This document shows, piece after piece, positions 31,898 through 41,793 of a stretch of DNA of 64,000 nucleotides (position 1 is its first letter; each line of letters starts with the position of its first letter). The stretch comes from a virus. The stretch covers positions 21,966-85,965 of IMG/VR virus record IMGVR_UViG_3300044640_000597, one strand, 5' to 3'. Under the pieces are notes generated by a model. The model made no database searches. It was not told the origin of the DNA and saw only the letters and a list, made by a program, of their open reading frames with translations. The position numbers were made by a program, and so were the translations under genes.

Positions 31898-33045
31898 TTT
31901 ACAATAGTTTGTAGATAACCCTCTAGCCCATTAGTCTTGCTCCATATATAAGCTTGACCTGTCCTAAGAGCTGAGTATCCCATTGTTCTGTGCCAGTCAT
32001 CATTGGCACAAATGGAGGGGATAAATCTTACTTTAATTCCACGGTACTCATTCACCATTTCCTTATGTAAGTGACCACAGTGTACCTCTCTAATCGGGCA
32101 TCTGGCAAACATTTCTGGTTGCTCAGTTGCCATAATCAGCGGCATTTCACTTGGCTTCTCTTTATCCCCGTGAGTAAACATTAACATGTTTACTCCGTAC
32201 TCTACATACTTTCTACTTTCCATGCTGTTATCTACAACGACATTTTTATCGTTACGATACCATCCTTTGATGACATCTCCAGCATAGAACATTCTTTCAA
32301 AATCATGATTCCCTGATACTACTATTACATGCACTGGAGCTTTAGTCTTTAAAAAGTCTATAGCTTTAGTCATCAAGTTGCAGTATCCCTGGAAGCTTTC
32401 TCTCCACCCAACTGCATCATGTTGAAAGGTTCCTTTCGTTGTAGTCAACCTCATCCCCTCGGAATTCATCCCGTCATTCCCGATAGGAAGAATAAACTTC
32501 TCAATATTTAATCCCTTTGCCTTGTCCACTAAATTGTAGACAGTGCTCATGAATTGCTCCTCTACTGCATCCATAGAAAGTTCAGTCAACTTTCCATAGT
32601 GTATATCAGGAAGAGAGATCTCATAGGCTACCCCGTCATCACCATCTTGAAATGGAGCAGACTGCTTGTATACAGTTGGACTGAATATAGCAGCAAACTC
32701 CTCAATCTCTATCTTTATCTCAGCCATTGAGATTCTGTCATTCTTTGTAACTACAGAGAACCGTTGTTCTCCTCCCATTGTCTGCCAGAATTTAACAGAA
32801 GATACATCGTCTCTATTAATTCCGTTCTCTAGTAGATAGCTTTCAAACTCAGTTATTACACTGTCATTATCGTTAGAGTTATCAGCGAGGCCAAGTCTAG
32901 CTTGCTTAAGTAGTTTCTTAGCCTCTCTGATTGCCTCTAATGCTATCTCTTCTTTAACATCGAACGTAGTAGATACTCTGCTAGGACCACTCTTAAGGTA
33001 ACCTGGTTTTAGCTTTAGTATGTCTACCAATTCTTTTAAACTCAC
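31894..33045 (-). CDS. Calcineurin-like metallophosphoesterase
   Basis: PDIHYG, GND, GNHD, HGD and GHLH motifs in the canonical order. Confidence 0.85.
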   Translation of the reverse strand: MSLKELVDILKLKPGYLKSGPSRVSTTFDVKEEIALEAIREAKKLLKQARLGLADNSNDNDSVITEFESYLLENGINRDDVSSVKFWQTMGGEQRFSVVTKNDRISMAEIKIEIEEFAAIFSPTVYKQSAPFQDGDDGVAYEISLPDIHYGKLTELSMDAVEEQFMSTVYNLVDKAKGLNIEKFILPIGNDGMNSEGMRLTTTKGTFQHDAVGWRESFQGYCNLMTKAIDFLKTKAPVHVIVVSGNHDFERMFYAGDVIKGWYRNDKNVVVDNSMESRKYVEYGVNMLMFTHGDKEKPSEMPLIMATEQPEMFARCPIREVHCGHLHKEMVNEYRGIKVRFIPSICANDDWHRTMGYSALRTGQAYIWSKTNGLEGYLQTIVK

Positions 33046-33470
33046 TACTGTACGATTTTTATTAGAGCCTCTAATTGCTCAGCTGATAGATCTTCAGGAA
33101 GCAGCTTTTCGTTAATTGTTTTAAGCTCTAGAGTTGAAGCTGAATCAAGTTTAGCATTAACAGATTCAAGCTGTTCTTTTCTTTTATTGATTACTTCTAT
33201 ATTTTCCTCTTCAAATTTTCTCAATCCTTCTGCATCTTCTGCTTCAATAAACCTTTGAGCTTCTATAGAAAGTTTCATAAACTCTTCTGATGGAATTGCT
33301 TCAGCTTCAATTGGGTCAAGATGGGCCTTTATTACTCCAGTATTTATAATAACTGCTTTAGCATAGGCTACTCCCTTAACCGATCTTGTCTCGTTAAGAG
33401 TTTTGAAAATGTTCAAGAACTCTCTGTTTGTTGCTGTTACGTGTACTCCGTACTTCTCTGCGTTAATCAT
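33045..33470 (-). CDS. Hypothetical helical protein (possible fibre chaperone)
   Basis: 141-aa ORF directly after the fibre gene. Confidence 0.5.
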   Translation of the reverse strand: MINAEKYGVHVTATNREFLNIFKTLNETRSVKGVAYAKAVIINTGVIKAHLDPIEAEAIPSEEFMKLSIEAQRFIEAEDAEGLRKFEEENIEVINKRKEQLESVNAKLDSASTLELKTINEKLLPEDLSAEQLEALIKIVQ

Positions 33471-33495
33471 TTGTATTTGGTTTTAAAAAGTTTGC

Positions 33496-34782
33496 TTATT
33501 CTGCAGTAGCGTATACTCTGATCCAAGCATCCACTCCGTTAATTTTAACTCTAATTGCTCCAGTCTTAGCACCAGCTGATGCTGATGAACTAGATATTGA
33601 GTTAGCACTAGCTGCTCCACTAGTTCCGACAAAGTTAGCAAAAGATTCGTCTGTGTCAAGCTGTTCTATTGTAACTACTGGAATATTTGCAGTTGTGCTG
33701 TTTTGTTTAACATGTAATGGTCCTGATGGAGTATCAGTACCAATACCTACATATCTACTTGCTCCTTTAATAGTTATAATTTTTTGTGCAACTGCTGATG
33801 AACTGTATCCCCAGAAAGTATAATCTCCTGATGAGCCAGTGCCATCATGATTACCTGGATAGAATTCTAGCTCACCACCTGCATTGGCTCCTTGAGAATT
33901 ACCAGCTTTAATGTACAGAGCTCCACCTTTATTAGATGCATTAGCATCTGCTGATTTAAATGTAAGAGCACCAGGGGCAGTAGCAGCAGTTAACACAGAT
34001 CCAATAACTTGAGCTATGTTACCATTGACATAGATATTAGCACCTACGTTTAAGTCTCCAGTAAAGAAAGGAGTTGGAGAGCCACTGCCGATGAAGGTTT
34101 GACCAGTAGTGTTTACTTTAATACCTCTGTTACCAGTATCTCCACTAATCCAGTTTAGTCCATACAAGTTATACCCTGCACCATTTACTGTATTTGTAAA
34201 TGCAGACAATGCAGCTGCAATAGTGATTGAGCCAGGACCATTTGTAATTGTTATATTGGCACCAGCTGTAAGATTAGCAAGTATTGGGGATAAACCAGTT
34301 CTTCCAATTGGAATCTGACCATTGGCCGCTGCTCCTAAAGCAGATAAGGCTGATCCACCATTTCCTATAAGTAGAGAGTTGGCTACCAAAGAAGAAGCCC
34401 CTGTACCACCGTTAGCAACTGGGAGTATACCACTTATATAAGCAGCAGCTAGGTTTACTGCTGAAAGGAAAAGAGATGTTGTATTGTTGCAGTTAGCTAG
34501 ATTGATATTAGCTTCATTAACTTGGAGAGTAATGTTGTTACTTGCAGTAGCAACAGTCAACAAATTATTAAGAGACCTAATACCTTTAAAGTTAAGTGCA
34601 TTCTTATTAGTAATGCTAATAAACAAAGATTCACTCGTAGTCCCTAGAGTATTAACTGTTGGGAACAAGTCTTGAAGCAAAAACTTATTGTTAACAGGAC
34701 CTACTGCATTTGAAGTCAGCAAGTAGTCATTTGCTCCTACACTTGTTTTAGCTAAAGCTGCTAGGCTGGTTATAGTTGCCAT
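33496..34782 (-). CDS. Tail fibre/spike protein
   Basis: 428 aa, Gly/Ala/Thr/Asn-rich. LPVANGGTG, LTAGANITITNG, VGIGT..P and GAIRVKING fibre motifs. Confidence 0.7.
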   Translation of the reverse strand: MATITSLAALAKTSVGANDYLLTSNAVGPVNNKFLLQDLFPTVNTLGTTSESLFISITNKNALNFKGIRSLNNLLTVATASNNITLQVNEANINLANCNNTTSLFLSAVNLAAAYISGILPVANGGTGASSLVANSLLIGNGGSALSALGAAANGQIPIGRTGLSPILANLTAGANITITNGPGSITIAAALSAFTNTVNGAGYNLYGLNWISGDTGNRGIKVNTTGQTFIGSGSPTPFFTGDLNVGANIYVNGNIAQVIGSVLTAATAPGALTFKSADANASNKGGALYIKAGNSQGANAGGELEFYPGNHDGTGSSGDYTFWGYSSSAVAQKIITIKGASRYVGIGTDTPSGPLHVKQNSTTANIPVVTIEQLDTDESFANFVGTSGAASANSISSSSASAGAKTGAIRVKINGVDAWIRVYATAE

Positions 34783-34783
34783 T

Positions 34784-36619
34784 TTATATAATAATTTTTT
34801 GATTAAACTCAGTGGTTAATGGTATTCCTGTTTCTCCTCCAAGTCCACTTGTTCTTAATCCAAGGCTCGGAGTAACAGGAGTAGTAGGAGTTGGAGCTGG
34901 ACCTGTAACTATACAGTCTGCACAGAATCTATTTGCAAAATCTATAAATGTCTTTAAATAAGTATTATCGTTTTCAGATGCAAACTCTACTGCATAGGTA
35001 GCTGCCCCAATAGTTCCAGGCAGTGGATCTTGAATGATAATAGTAGTTTTATTTGTAGTTGCATTATAAACAGCATCTACAATTGTAGTAGTAAAGTCTA
35101 CTGGAATAGTAGAAGCAGTCACTGGTGCATACAATGCCCAAGTTGTACCGTTAGCTACAGTGAATAAAGCAGGAGTACTAATAGTTCCAAATGGAATTAC
35201 TGTGTTATTTAGTGGAGGTCCAGCTTGATTGTAAAGAATATTTGTAACGTAGTTACTACCTGAAGTTGCATAAGAGTCTCCAAGATTGTTAAGCAAGCTA
35301 AAAGTATAACCTGTTATTAGGAATGGTAATCCCCCTGGAGCTATGTAAAATGCTGAAACTGTTGTATTTATTAATACAGACCCTTCAAGTACTGCATAAT
35401 CTGTAACAGCTTCAATATGAAAAATAAAAGTTTCAAATTGAGATAAATCTCCATTTACTACAATTGTGGTTTGCCCTTCAACTAGTACAGGTAGATTACC
35501 AGTAGGAAGATTAGGGTATATAGCAGTAATTATATTTTCTCTATCGTATATGCAATCTAGAGCTCTGTCTTCATTTTTCTGACCTAAAAGCTCAATGATT
35601 AACTTAAGCTTTGAAAGTTCTCTATAATCACACTTAACTCCCCCAATAACTTTGTTATAGAATGTAGTGCCTTTTACTGCTAGACATTCTTGGTATTGTG
35701 ACAGTTTGGTATTGTAGTCAACTCCGTTAACTTGAGCAGGAACCTCAGCTATATCTTTGTACTCAACAGATGGGAGGGGAGAATCTTCTCCAGTAGGGTC
35801 AGTAACAATTGTTGTTTTAACTGCACAGATATTGTCTATAGCCCTTCCCTTACTTCCAGTTATGGTACCGTAGCACTGATTGGGGTCAAATACTTCTACT
35901 TTTAAAGTAGTATTTCCCTCACAAGTAAGCTCTACTTCTAAAAGATTAAAAGCTCCAGAAGTATCATCCAATGGATGTGTATATACTTTCGTACCTGCAT
36001 ATATTTTTATGTAGGCTTGATCAAGTTGTGTTGGTGTACAATATCCTGTTCGAGTACTTGTAGAATAGTCAAGACTTATAGTATAAGTTTCTCCTATAGT
36101 TAATACACTTGCTTGAGATAACGATCCTAAAAGAGCATTATCAAATATTATACATCCACTAAAAGTTCCACTCCAAGCACCATTTGTAACAGTCCATCCA
36201 GTAGAGTTTGAATCAAAAGTACCATTTGATACTGTACATGCACCAGATGGGCCAGGAGCTGTGATGTAATCTACTCCTACACTTGTAAAGTATGCACCAA
36301 AACTTATATCAGACCAACCACTTGTTGGGGGGCAAGAATTGTTATTAACTCCTGTGGCAGAAGATGCCCATACTTTAACGCCATTTGCATCTAGGATTAG
36401 CCAGTTTGGAGCACTGTATACTACTGAAAATGTTTTTCCCCCAAAATCAAAGAGTATATCGTACCCTATTAAAGCTAAGGGATTGTCCTTAGTAACAGCA
36501 GTAGCAGTTTCTGTTCTGCCACCTGCATCAACTAACGTAAAAGTCAACCCCTCACATGGAACGGTAGCTGCTGCTGGGGCTCTTACCCCAGCTTCTATAC
36601 AGTCTTTACAAATTGCCAT
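34784..36619 (-). CDS. Tail hub/structural protein with carbohydrate-binding-like inserts
   Basis: 611 aa. NGTFDSNSTGW...IDNI CBM-like segment and Cys clusters. Confidence 0.5.
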   Translation of the reverse strand: MAICKDCIEAGVRAPAAATVPCEGLTFTLVDAGGRTETATAVTKDNPLALIGYDILFDFGGKTFSVVYSAPNWLILDANGVKVWASSATGVNNNSCPPTSGWSDISFGAYFTSVGVDYITAPGPSGACTVSNGTFDSNSTGWTVTNGAWSGTFSGCIIFDNALLGSLSQASVLTIGETYTISLDYSTSTRTGYCTPTQLDQAYIKIYAGTKVYTHPLDDTSGAFNLLEVELTCEGNTTLKVEVFDPNQCYGTITGSKGRAIDNICAVKTTIVTDPTGEDSPLPSVEYKDIAEVPAQVNGVDYNTKLSQYQECLAVKGTTFYNKVIGGVKCDYRELSKLKLIIELLGQKNEDRALDCIYDRENIITAIYPNLPTGNLPVLVEGQTTIVVNGDLSQFETFIFHIEAVTDYAVLEGSVLINTTVSAFYIAPGGLPFLITGYTFSLLNNLGDSYATSGSNYVTNILYNQAGPPLNNTVIPFGTISTPALFTVANGTTWALYAPVTASTIPVDFTTTIVDAVYNATTNKTTIIIQDPLPGTIGAATYAVEFASENDNTYLKTFIDFANRFCADCIVTGPAPTPTTPVTPSLGLRTSGLGGETGIPLTTEFNQKIII

Positions 36620-36628
36620 TGTATTTTA

Positions 36629-37114
36629 TTAACAACCACATGCACATGTTTCAGTGCAGAAGTCTTTAGCTTTATTGTATTTGTTAATAGCGTCTGTAAT
36701 ATTTGTGTCTGAGTATGCAGAGTGCTGTGCTGATTTAATTAGTAGATCAATCTTTTCGGCCTTTCTTAGGTCTTCATCACATTTATCACAATGGCAGTGA
36801 CAGTCGATGGCTGATTGAACAAGGGCTGCTATACAGCAATAAATCTCAGCAGCTCCTATTGTATAAACTGTAGGTTTAAGAGAGTCGACAGTATCTGTTA
36901 TACTAATAACTCCATTAAATAACTCCCCAGCTGTTTCGTTATCTAATATCCAAGTAACATTCCCAGCTACTGCTGTCAATACCCCACTAGTTACAGTCGT
37001 CTCTGTAATGTAGTTATAGTAGGTAAAGTTAACAGTTGCAGGAACTCCAGATGCTACGACAGTTATCTTCTTGCAGTCAGGAGCTATAGTTACCGAGTTA
37101 ATTACTGTAGCCAT
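36629..37114 (-). CDS. Tail hub protein (Cys-rich C-terminus)
   Basis: Likely start MATVINS at 37114. CC...CHCHCDKC...CTETCACGC. Confidence 0.5.
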   Translation of the reverse strand: MATVINSVTIAPDCKKITVVASGVPATVNFTYYNYITETTVTSGVLTAVAGNVTWILDNETAGELFNGVISITDTVDSLKPTVYTIGAAEIYCCIAALVQSAIDCHCHCDKCDEDLRKAEKIDLLIKSAQHSAYSDTNITDAINKYNKAKDFCTETCACGC

Positions 37115-37137
37115 TAGATAGTTTTTGTAAAGATAAT

Positions 37138-37167
37138 AAAAAGCAGGGGATTTCTCCCCCACTTTTT
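37138..37167 (-). terminator. Intrinsic terminator
   Basis: Minus strand GGGGA-GAAA-TCCCC followed by TGCTTTT, after the 340-aa gene. Confidence 0.7.
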
Positions 37168-37183
37168 AATGATTAATTTTAGA

Positions 37184-38206
37184 TTAGAATATCTGTTCAG
37201 AGTCAGTACCTCCAGTGAATCCAAATACTGTAGCAACCTCAGTACCAGTAGACGCACCAGCATATGATAGTGCAGTGCTGCTACCTCCGAAGAAGATTTG
37301 AACAGTGTTTAGTTCCCCAGCACGAGCAATACCTGTAGATGAAGGCCAGTCGTGTGCGTACTGAATTTCAAGTACATCGTACTTATATCCAGCTTGAGCA
37401 AAAGTTGGGAAAGTAAATGGGAAGTACATACGGTTGAAGTTACCGTAACGTGCACGTTGGCTTTTCTCAGCAGAAAGAGCTTCTACATAATTAGAGGTAG
37501 CATCAGTTCTAGATGCAGTAACTGAACCTACAGGACCTGACTTATCAGAGTACTGAGAGGTAACATCAAACTCAACTCCGTAGTGACGAGCAGTAAGGAC
37601 AAGGCCTGAGGTACCGCTATCTGTAGCAGCAAACAAAGCATTAAAAGTAACATTATTTACAATTGCATTGTAAAGAGCAGTTACCAAGGCAGTTTCAGAA
37701 CCACCATGAACAGATGCTGAAACTTCAATATTAAAGATCATACGACCAGCAGAGAAGTTACCGAGCAATGGGAATTGATATCCACCACCAGACAAATCTA
37801 CTGCAGTACCATCTTGATAGTAGTTTGCATAAGTAGTTGGGGCAGTACGAAGTGCAATTCTGAGCATTACATCTTTAGTAGATGTTGGGGCTCCAGTGTC
37901 AATTGTTTGAGTTGCCCGTGTAGGAACTATTGAAGTCCACTCACGATAGTTAATTCTTTTGATAAGATCAGTATCAATGATTGGAGTAGCAATAGCTTGC
38001 CCAGAAGGCATGTTTTGAACAATTTGAATTCTCTTTTTGTTCCAAGCTCCAGAAGTACGAAGAGCTGTAACAAAGTTTGTAGAGCCATCTACATCCCAAA
38101 CTGACATTGTAGACACGTTAGCAGCTGCATTAGTGCTAAATGCCGTAGTAGAAATCATATCAGGGTTATTTACAACAAATACCTGACTTAAGTTTTGAGG
38201 TGCCAT
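37184..38206 (-). CDS. Auxiliary capsid / capsid-stabilising protein
   Basis: 340 aa with strongly biased codons, followed by a terminator; typical position in the crAss head module. Confidence 0.55.
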   Translation of the reverse strand: MAPQNLSQVFVVNNPDMISTTAFSTNAAANVSTMSVWDVDGSTNFVTALRTSGAWNKKRIQIVQNMPSGQAIATPIIDTDLIKRINYREWTSIVPTRATQTIDTGAPTSTKDVMLRIALRTAPTTYANYYQDGTAVDLSGGGYQFPLLGNFSAGRMIFNIEVSASVHGGSETALVTALYNAIVNNVTFNALFAATDSGTSGLVLTARHYGVEFDVTSQYSDKSGPVGSVTASRTDATSNYVEALSAEKSQRARYGNFNRMYFPFTFPTFAQAGYKYDVLEIQYAHDWPSSTGIARAGELNTVQIFFGGSSTALSYAGASTGTEVATVFGFTGGTDSEQIF

Positions 38207-38242
38207 TTTTATAAAATTTAGGCGTTAAACACATTATTTGAA

Positions 38243-39412
38243 TTATTCACTTTCGAGGTTTTCCATCGATTGCGAGTTATACCTTTGGGATTCGATACCC
38301 TCCAGTATGCTTTTAATAGTCATTTCTACAATTTCTTGGTGAGTATGCTCTGCTAATTCACAGCCTACTCCCCCAGTTATAGAAATAACTTTTGGTTTTC
38401 TTATATAAACAATATGTACCGTAGGTACAACAAATGTGTTGTCTGAGTACAAATTGATGTAATTTTCTTTAATTGAGTATGGAACATAATCGTACCCAGT
38501 TCTGCTAAATGGATCCTTCATTACAGTTGGGATATCATCACTTTGAGCAAACCAACATTGACTCAATCTTTTATCTGCACTTGGAGCAGTTCTTCTAGTT
38601 ACAGAATAAGTTGATTTAATTGTTTCATATACTTGAATAGATGATTCTAATCCAAGAGTTGGTAATATCCATGTAGCTCTAATGAATCCCGCAGTAACAG
38701 GGTCTGCCTGTAGAACTGTAGTAGAATTACTTAAATATATATGGTTACTGTCTACGGGAGGATCTAGTTGAGCTCCAGTATTGTTTAAGTTCTCTAGTAC
38801 ATTAGCATTATAAGAAGGTATGAAACCTCCTAGATAATTAGTAGGTAGTATCAAATCATCACTAGTTATCTGCTGTCCTAATGGAAGGTTTACGGCCGAT
38901 ATCCAGTTTACCCCATCAAAGTATGATATACTTGTAAGTATGTAACCTGGCAATGGCGGGGTAAGACTCATCTTAACCCAATCCGTAGTAGTGACTTCGT
39001 TTACTAACTGAGTATCTACATTTATGGGTCCATTACAATTGTAATGAACTTCAGCTGTAACTGATACTAGAAAAAGATAATCTAACGGAAGAGTAGCTTT
39101 TTCTATGTATATGTTTGTATTGCTAGTATTGTAGATATACCAACCCAAAGCATCTAGTAGAAATCCCCCAGTAGAGAGTGTATTAGAGTTAGTAGTTACT
39201 ACTAAGTTCCTTAGGTCATCTACTCTTTTTTGGGATTGTTCAAACCCTCTACCCTGTCTGTTTGACATTGGATTGTACCGTTGCTTGATGAATCTCATCA
39301 TAGCAATGTTTAACTCAAAGTCTATCTCTTGAGGTAAAAGGATGTCAGCCTGGAAGGATGCAATCTTTTGCACCCCCAGGTTGACAGCTATATGCATTTC
39401 GTTTACGGTCAT
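38243..39412 (-). CDS. Head-tail ring protein with internal insertion
   Basis: MTVNEM...EID..LN.A...FIKQRY...GFEQSQKR.DDLR.LV and YIRKP...CEL.EH.HQEIVE motifs. Confidence 0.7.
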   Translation of the reverse strand: MTVNEMHIAVNLGVQKIASFQADILLPQEIDFELNIAMMRFIKQRYNPMSNRQGRGFEQSQKRVDDLRNLVVTTNSNTLSTGGFLLDALGWYIYNTSNTNIYIEKATLPLDYLFLVSVTAEVHYNCNGPINVDTQLVNEVTTTDWVKMSLTPPLPGYILTSISYFDGVNWISAVNLPLGQQITSDDLILPTNYLGGFIPSYNANVLENLNNTGAQLDPPVDSNHIYLSNSTTVLQADPVTAGFIRATWILPTLGLESSIQVYETIKSTYSVTRRTAPSADKRLSQCWFAQSDDIPTVMKDPFSRTGYDYVPYSIKENYINLYSDNTFVVPTVHIVYIRKPKVISITGGVGCELAEHTHQEIVEMTIKSILEGIESQRYNSQSMENLESE

Positions 39413-39415
39413 CTA

Positions 39416-40222
39416 TTAAGATACTTCTTTGAGCCTTGCTCTCATTGTATTTACTTGACCAGAGTTTTTCTTGTTTTTAAAGTAAACAATTGCATCTTTC
39501 ATATCCTCTCCGATTGTCTCGTCTTGGAAAATCACTTGATTACCAATACGACGGAGAACATCTTTTGCAACCATTTCTTCAATTTCTGCCTGAACTTCTA
39601 AGTTGTCGTCCGTGCAGTATTTCAAGAACTTCTCTGGGCTATTTCCTTTATAATCGTACAAAGTATTCTCGATTTCCATGTCTGAGAGTCTTTCTGGATC
39701 TCCGTCCACAAGAACTCTAAGCAACATTTTCATCTTCTCGATGTTTCCAGTGAGTTTGATAAACTCTTTGTCTGCATCTTTTTTAACTTGTACTTTAGCA
39801 TTCTTTTTAAGAAGATCTTTTTGTGGATCATAGATGTAAAATCTTTTGTTTGCATCCACTTTCATTTCTTCTTCAGACATTGCAACATGTCTGTGCTTTA
39901 AGCACCATTTATAATAGATGTAATCCATTGTATTAATTGGACTACCATCTTCATAAGTGCCGATCTCAAGTTCTGCTCCTTCAAAAGGAACTTTCAAATT
40001 AAGGCTAGCCCAAAAGTCTTTTGTTTTTGCAGGCCATTCTTGGTGACCAGCTGGCACATCAATAAAATTTTTCAAGAGTGTTGCCTCTTCATCTCCATCA
40101 ACTCCTTTGAGTGGGAGGCGATCTACAAACATAGATCCGAGTTTAATCTTTGCTCCAGCTCTGATTTCCTTTGGTAGGTGATTCAGAACCTCTTTGCGTC
40201 TGATAATAACTTTACGTTCCAT
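39416..40222 (-). CDS. Conserved crAss-like head-module protein following MCP
   Basis: 268 aa. P.NTMDYI.YKW and IGEDM.DAI.YFKN..N pattern; synteny. Confidence 0.55.
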   Translation of the reverse strand: MERKVIIRRKEVLNHLPKEIRAGAKIKLGSMFVDRLPLKGVDGDEEATLLKNFIDVPAGHQEWPAKTKDFWASLNLKVPFEGAELEIGTYEDGSPINTMDYIYYKWCLKHRHVAMSEEEMKVDANKRFYIYDPQKDLLKKNAKVQVKKDADKEFIKLTGNIEKMKMLLRVLVDGDPERLSDMEIENTLYDYKGNSPEKFLKYCTDDNLEVQAEIEEMVAKDVLRRIGNQVIFQDETIGEDMKDAIVYFKNKKNSGQVNTMRARLKEVS

Positions 40223-40285
40223 AATTTTAGTTCTTTTTATTAGTTAAGCTTGGGGAAAGAATAACCCAAGGTTTTATATATTTTT

Positions 40286-40312
40286 AAAAGGGGGCTTTGA
40301 CACCCCCTTTTT
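40286..40312 (-). terminator. Intrinsic (possibly bidirectional) terminator after MCP
   Basis: AAAAGGGGG...CCCCCTTTTT inverted repeat just past the MCP stop. Confidence 0.75.
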
Positions 40313-40331
40313 ATTGCAAACCAAACACAAA

Positions 40332-41756
40332 TTACGATGCAACACACTGTAGGTCCAAACTAGTATCAAAACGACGAAGCAAGATACCAGCGGTCTTCAG
40401 CATGTGAACAGATGCACCGTCAATGTCACTTGCACGGGTGTCAGTTTCAGTGAATCCTTTTGGAACCACAGAACCTGCTACACACCAGCGAAGAAGTTCA
40501 CGACCTTTCTTATTTACCATTTGAAGGTTGTTTTCACCATCATAAGTAGACTGGTCAACAAACGTCATACGGTAAGACTCCAAAGGAAGACCAGATACTG
40601 GGTGCTTCTTAGAAGCTTGAGCCACAGGACCGTGATCGAACAAAGGAGACTTAACTACGTTAACTCTGTGTCCATCTACGTGATCATAGCTAGTGAAGTA
40701 ACCAGTAATACCAAGGTTACGACCGCTACCAGTGATGAACGTAGGTTGAGTAGTCTGCAGGTAAGTGTTACCACCATAGTAAGTCTTGAGGGCACGGTCG
40801 AATTCACGAGCACCACCAATACCAGTATAGAGAGTAACTTGTTTGTCAGTAGCATCAGTCATACCATAGAACAAGTCTCCGATAGTTTCTTCAAGCTTAG
40901 CTTGAGTTAACTGAGAGTAAGTGTCTTTGTTGATGATTTGCTCAAACAAACCAGGACCAGAGATTACAGGTTGACCGTTCTCATCGAGCATAGTGCTAAC
41001 ACCATTAGCATCGTGAGTCTTCTGGCCATACCAGTAGTACATTTCACATTCTTCTTTGAACTTAAGCATGTGACGGTACTCTTCGTAATCCATCCACAAC
41101 TTAGTCTTAGAACCCTCTTTCAAAGGCAATTCGAACTGAGCTACATAGTCTTTAGCATTTCCAGAGAAGTGGTAAGACTTACGTACAGTACCAATCTTAG
41201 AACGAACAAGACCTGGAGCAGTCCAGTTAGATGCATTACCACGTGAGAAGTCAATACCCACGTTAGCATACAACATACCCCAAAGAGCACCTGGAGAAGC
41301 ATCTGCAATAGATACTGAAGCAGTATCAGGAGATACAATCTTCAAAGTGTACCTCCAATTTGAACCATCAGCAACTGGCTCACTCATAATACGAGCAAGA
41401 GCACCAGACTGAGATACCAAAGTGTAAGGGAAAATGAACCACTTATCAGGGAAGGTAAGGGTGAATGGAGCACCACCTGCACCAACTACAGCAGCAGGTG
41501 CAGCAGAAACAACAGGACGAACATTGATTTCGTGTGTTTTAACACGATACTCATACTCGAAACGGTCGATAGAACGAGTATTGCCGACACCTTCAGTCAA
41601 GAAGGAGAGTGGGAATTTCTTTTCTTCACGACCTGCCAAGTGAGTGATAATCGGAGATAACTCCGCTGGACGTTCCATAAGTGCATTTGCCAACGAGTTA
41701 CTGTCGGTCATCTGCGAGTCGTTATAGTACGTCTTAAGTACTTGCATTAATGACAT
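40332..41756 (-). CDS. Major capsid protein
   Basis: 474 aa with strongly biased codons. RKSY, E...YWYG, G.GLFEQI, LYTG.GG..EF and P.SG.PLESYRM motifs; portal-scaffold-MCP synteny. Confidence 0.88.
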   Translation of the reverse strand: MSLMQVLKTYYNDSQMTDSNSLANALMERPAELSPIITHLAGREEKKFPLSFLTEGVGNTRSIDRFEYEYRVKTHEINVRPVVSAAPAAVVGAGGAPFTLTFPDKWFIFPYTLVSQSGALARIMSEPVADGSNWRYTLKIVSPDTASVSIADASPGALWGMLYANVGIDFSRGNASNWTAPGLVRSKIGTVRKSYHFSGNAKDYVAQFELPLKEGSKTKLWMDYEEYRHMLKFKEECEMYYWYGQKTHDANGVSTMLDENGQPVISGPGLFEQIINKDTYSQLTQAKLEETIGDLFYGMTDATDKQVTLYTGIGGAREFDRALKTYYGGNTYLQTTQPTFITGSGRNLGITGYFTSYDHVDGHRVNVVKSPLFDHGPVAQASKKHPVSGLPLESYRMTFVDQSTYDGENNLQMVNKKGRELLRWCVAGSVVPKGFTETDTRASDIDGASVHMLKTAGILLRRFDTSLDLQCVAS

Positions 41757-41793
41757 GATTCTATAATTTTAAAAGTTAATTGTTGTTTAAATA

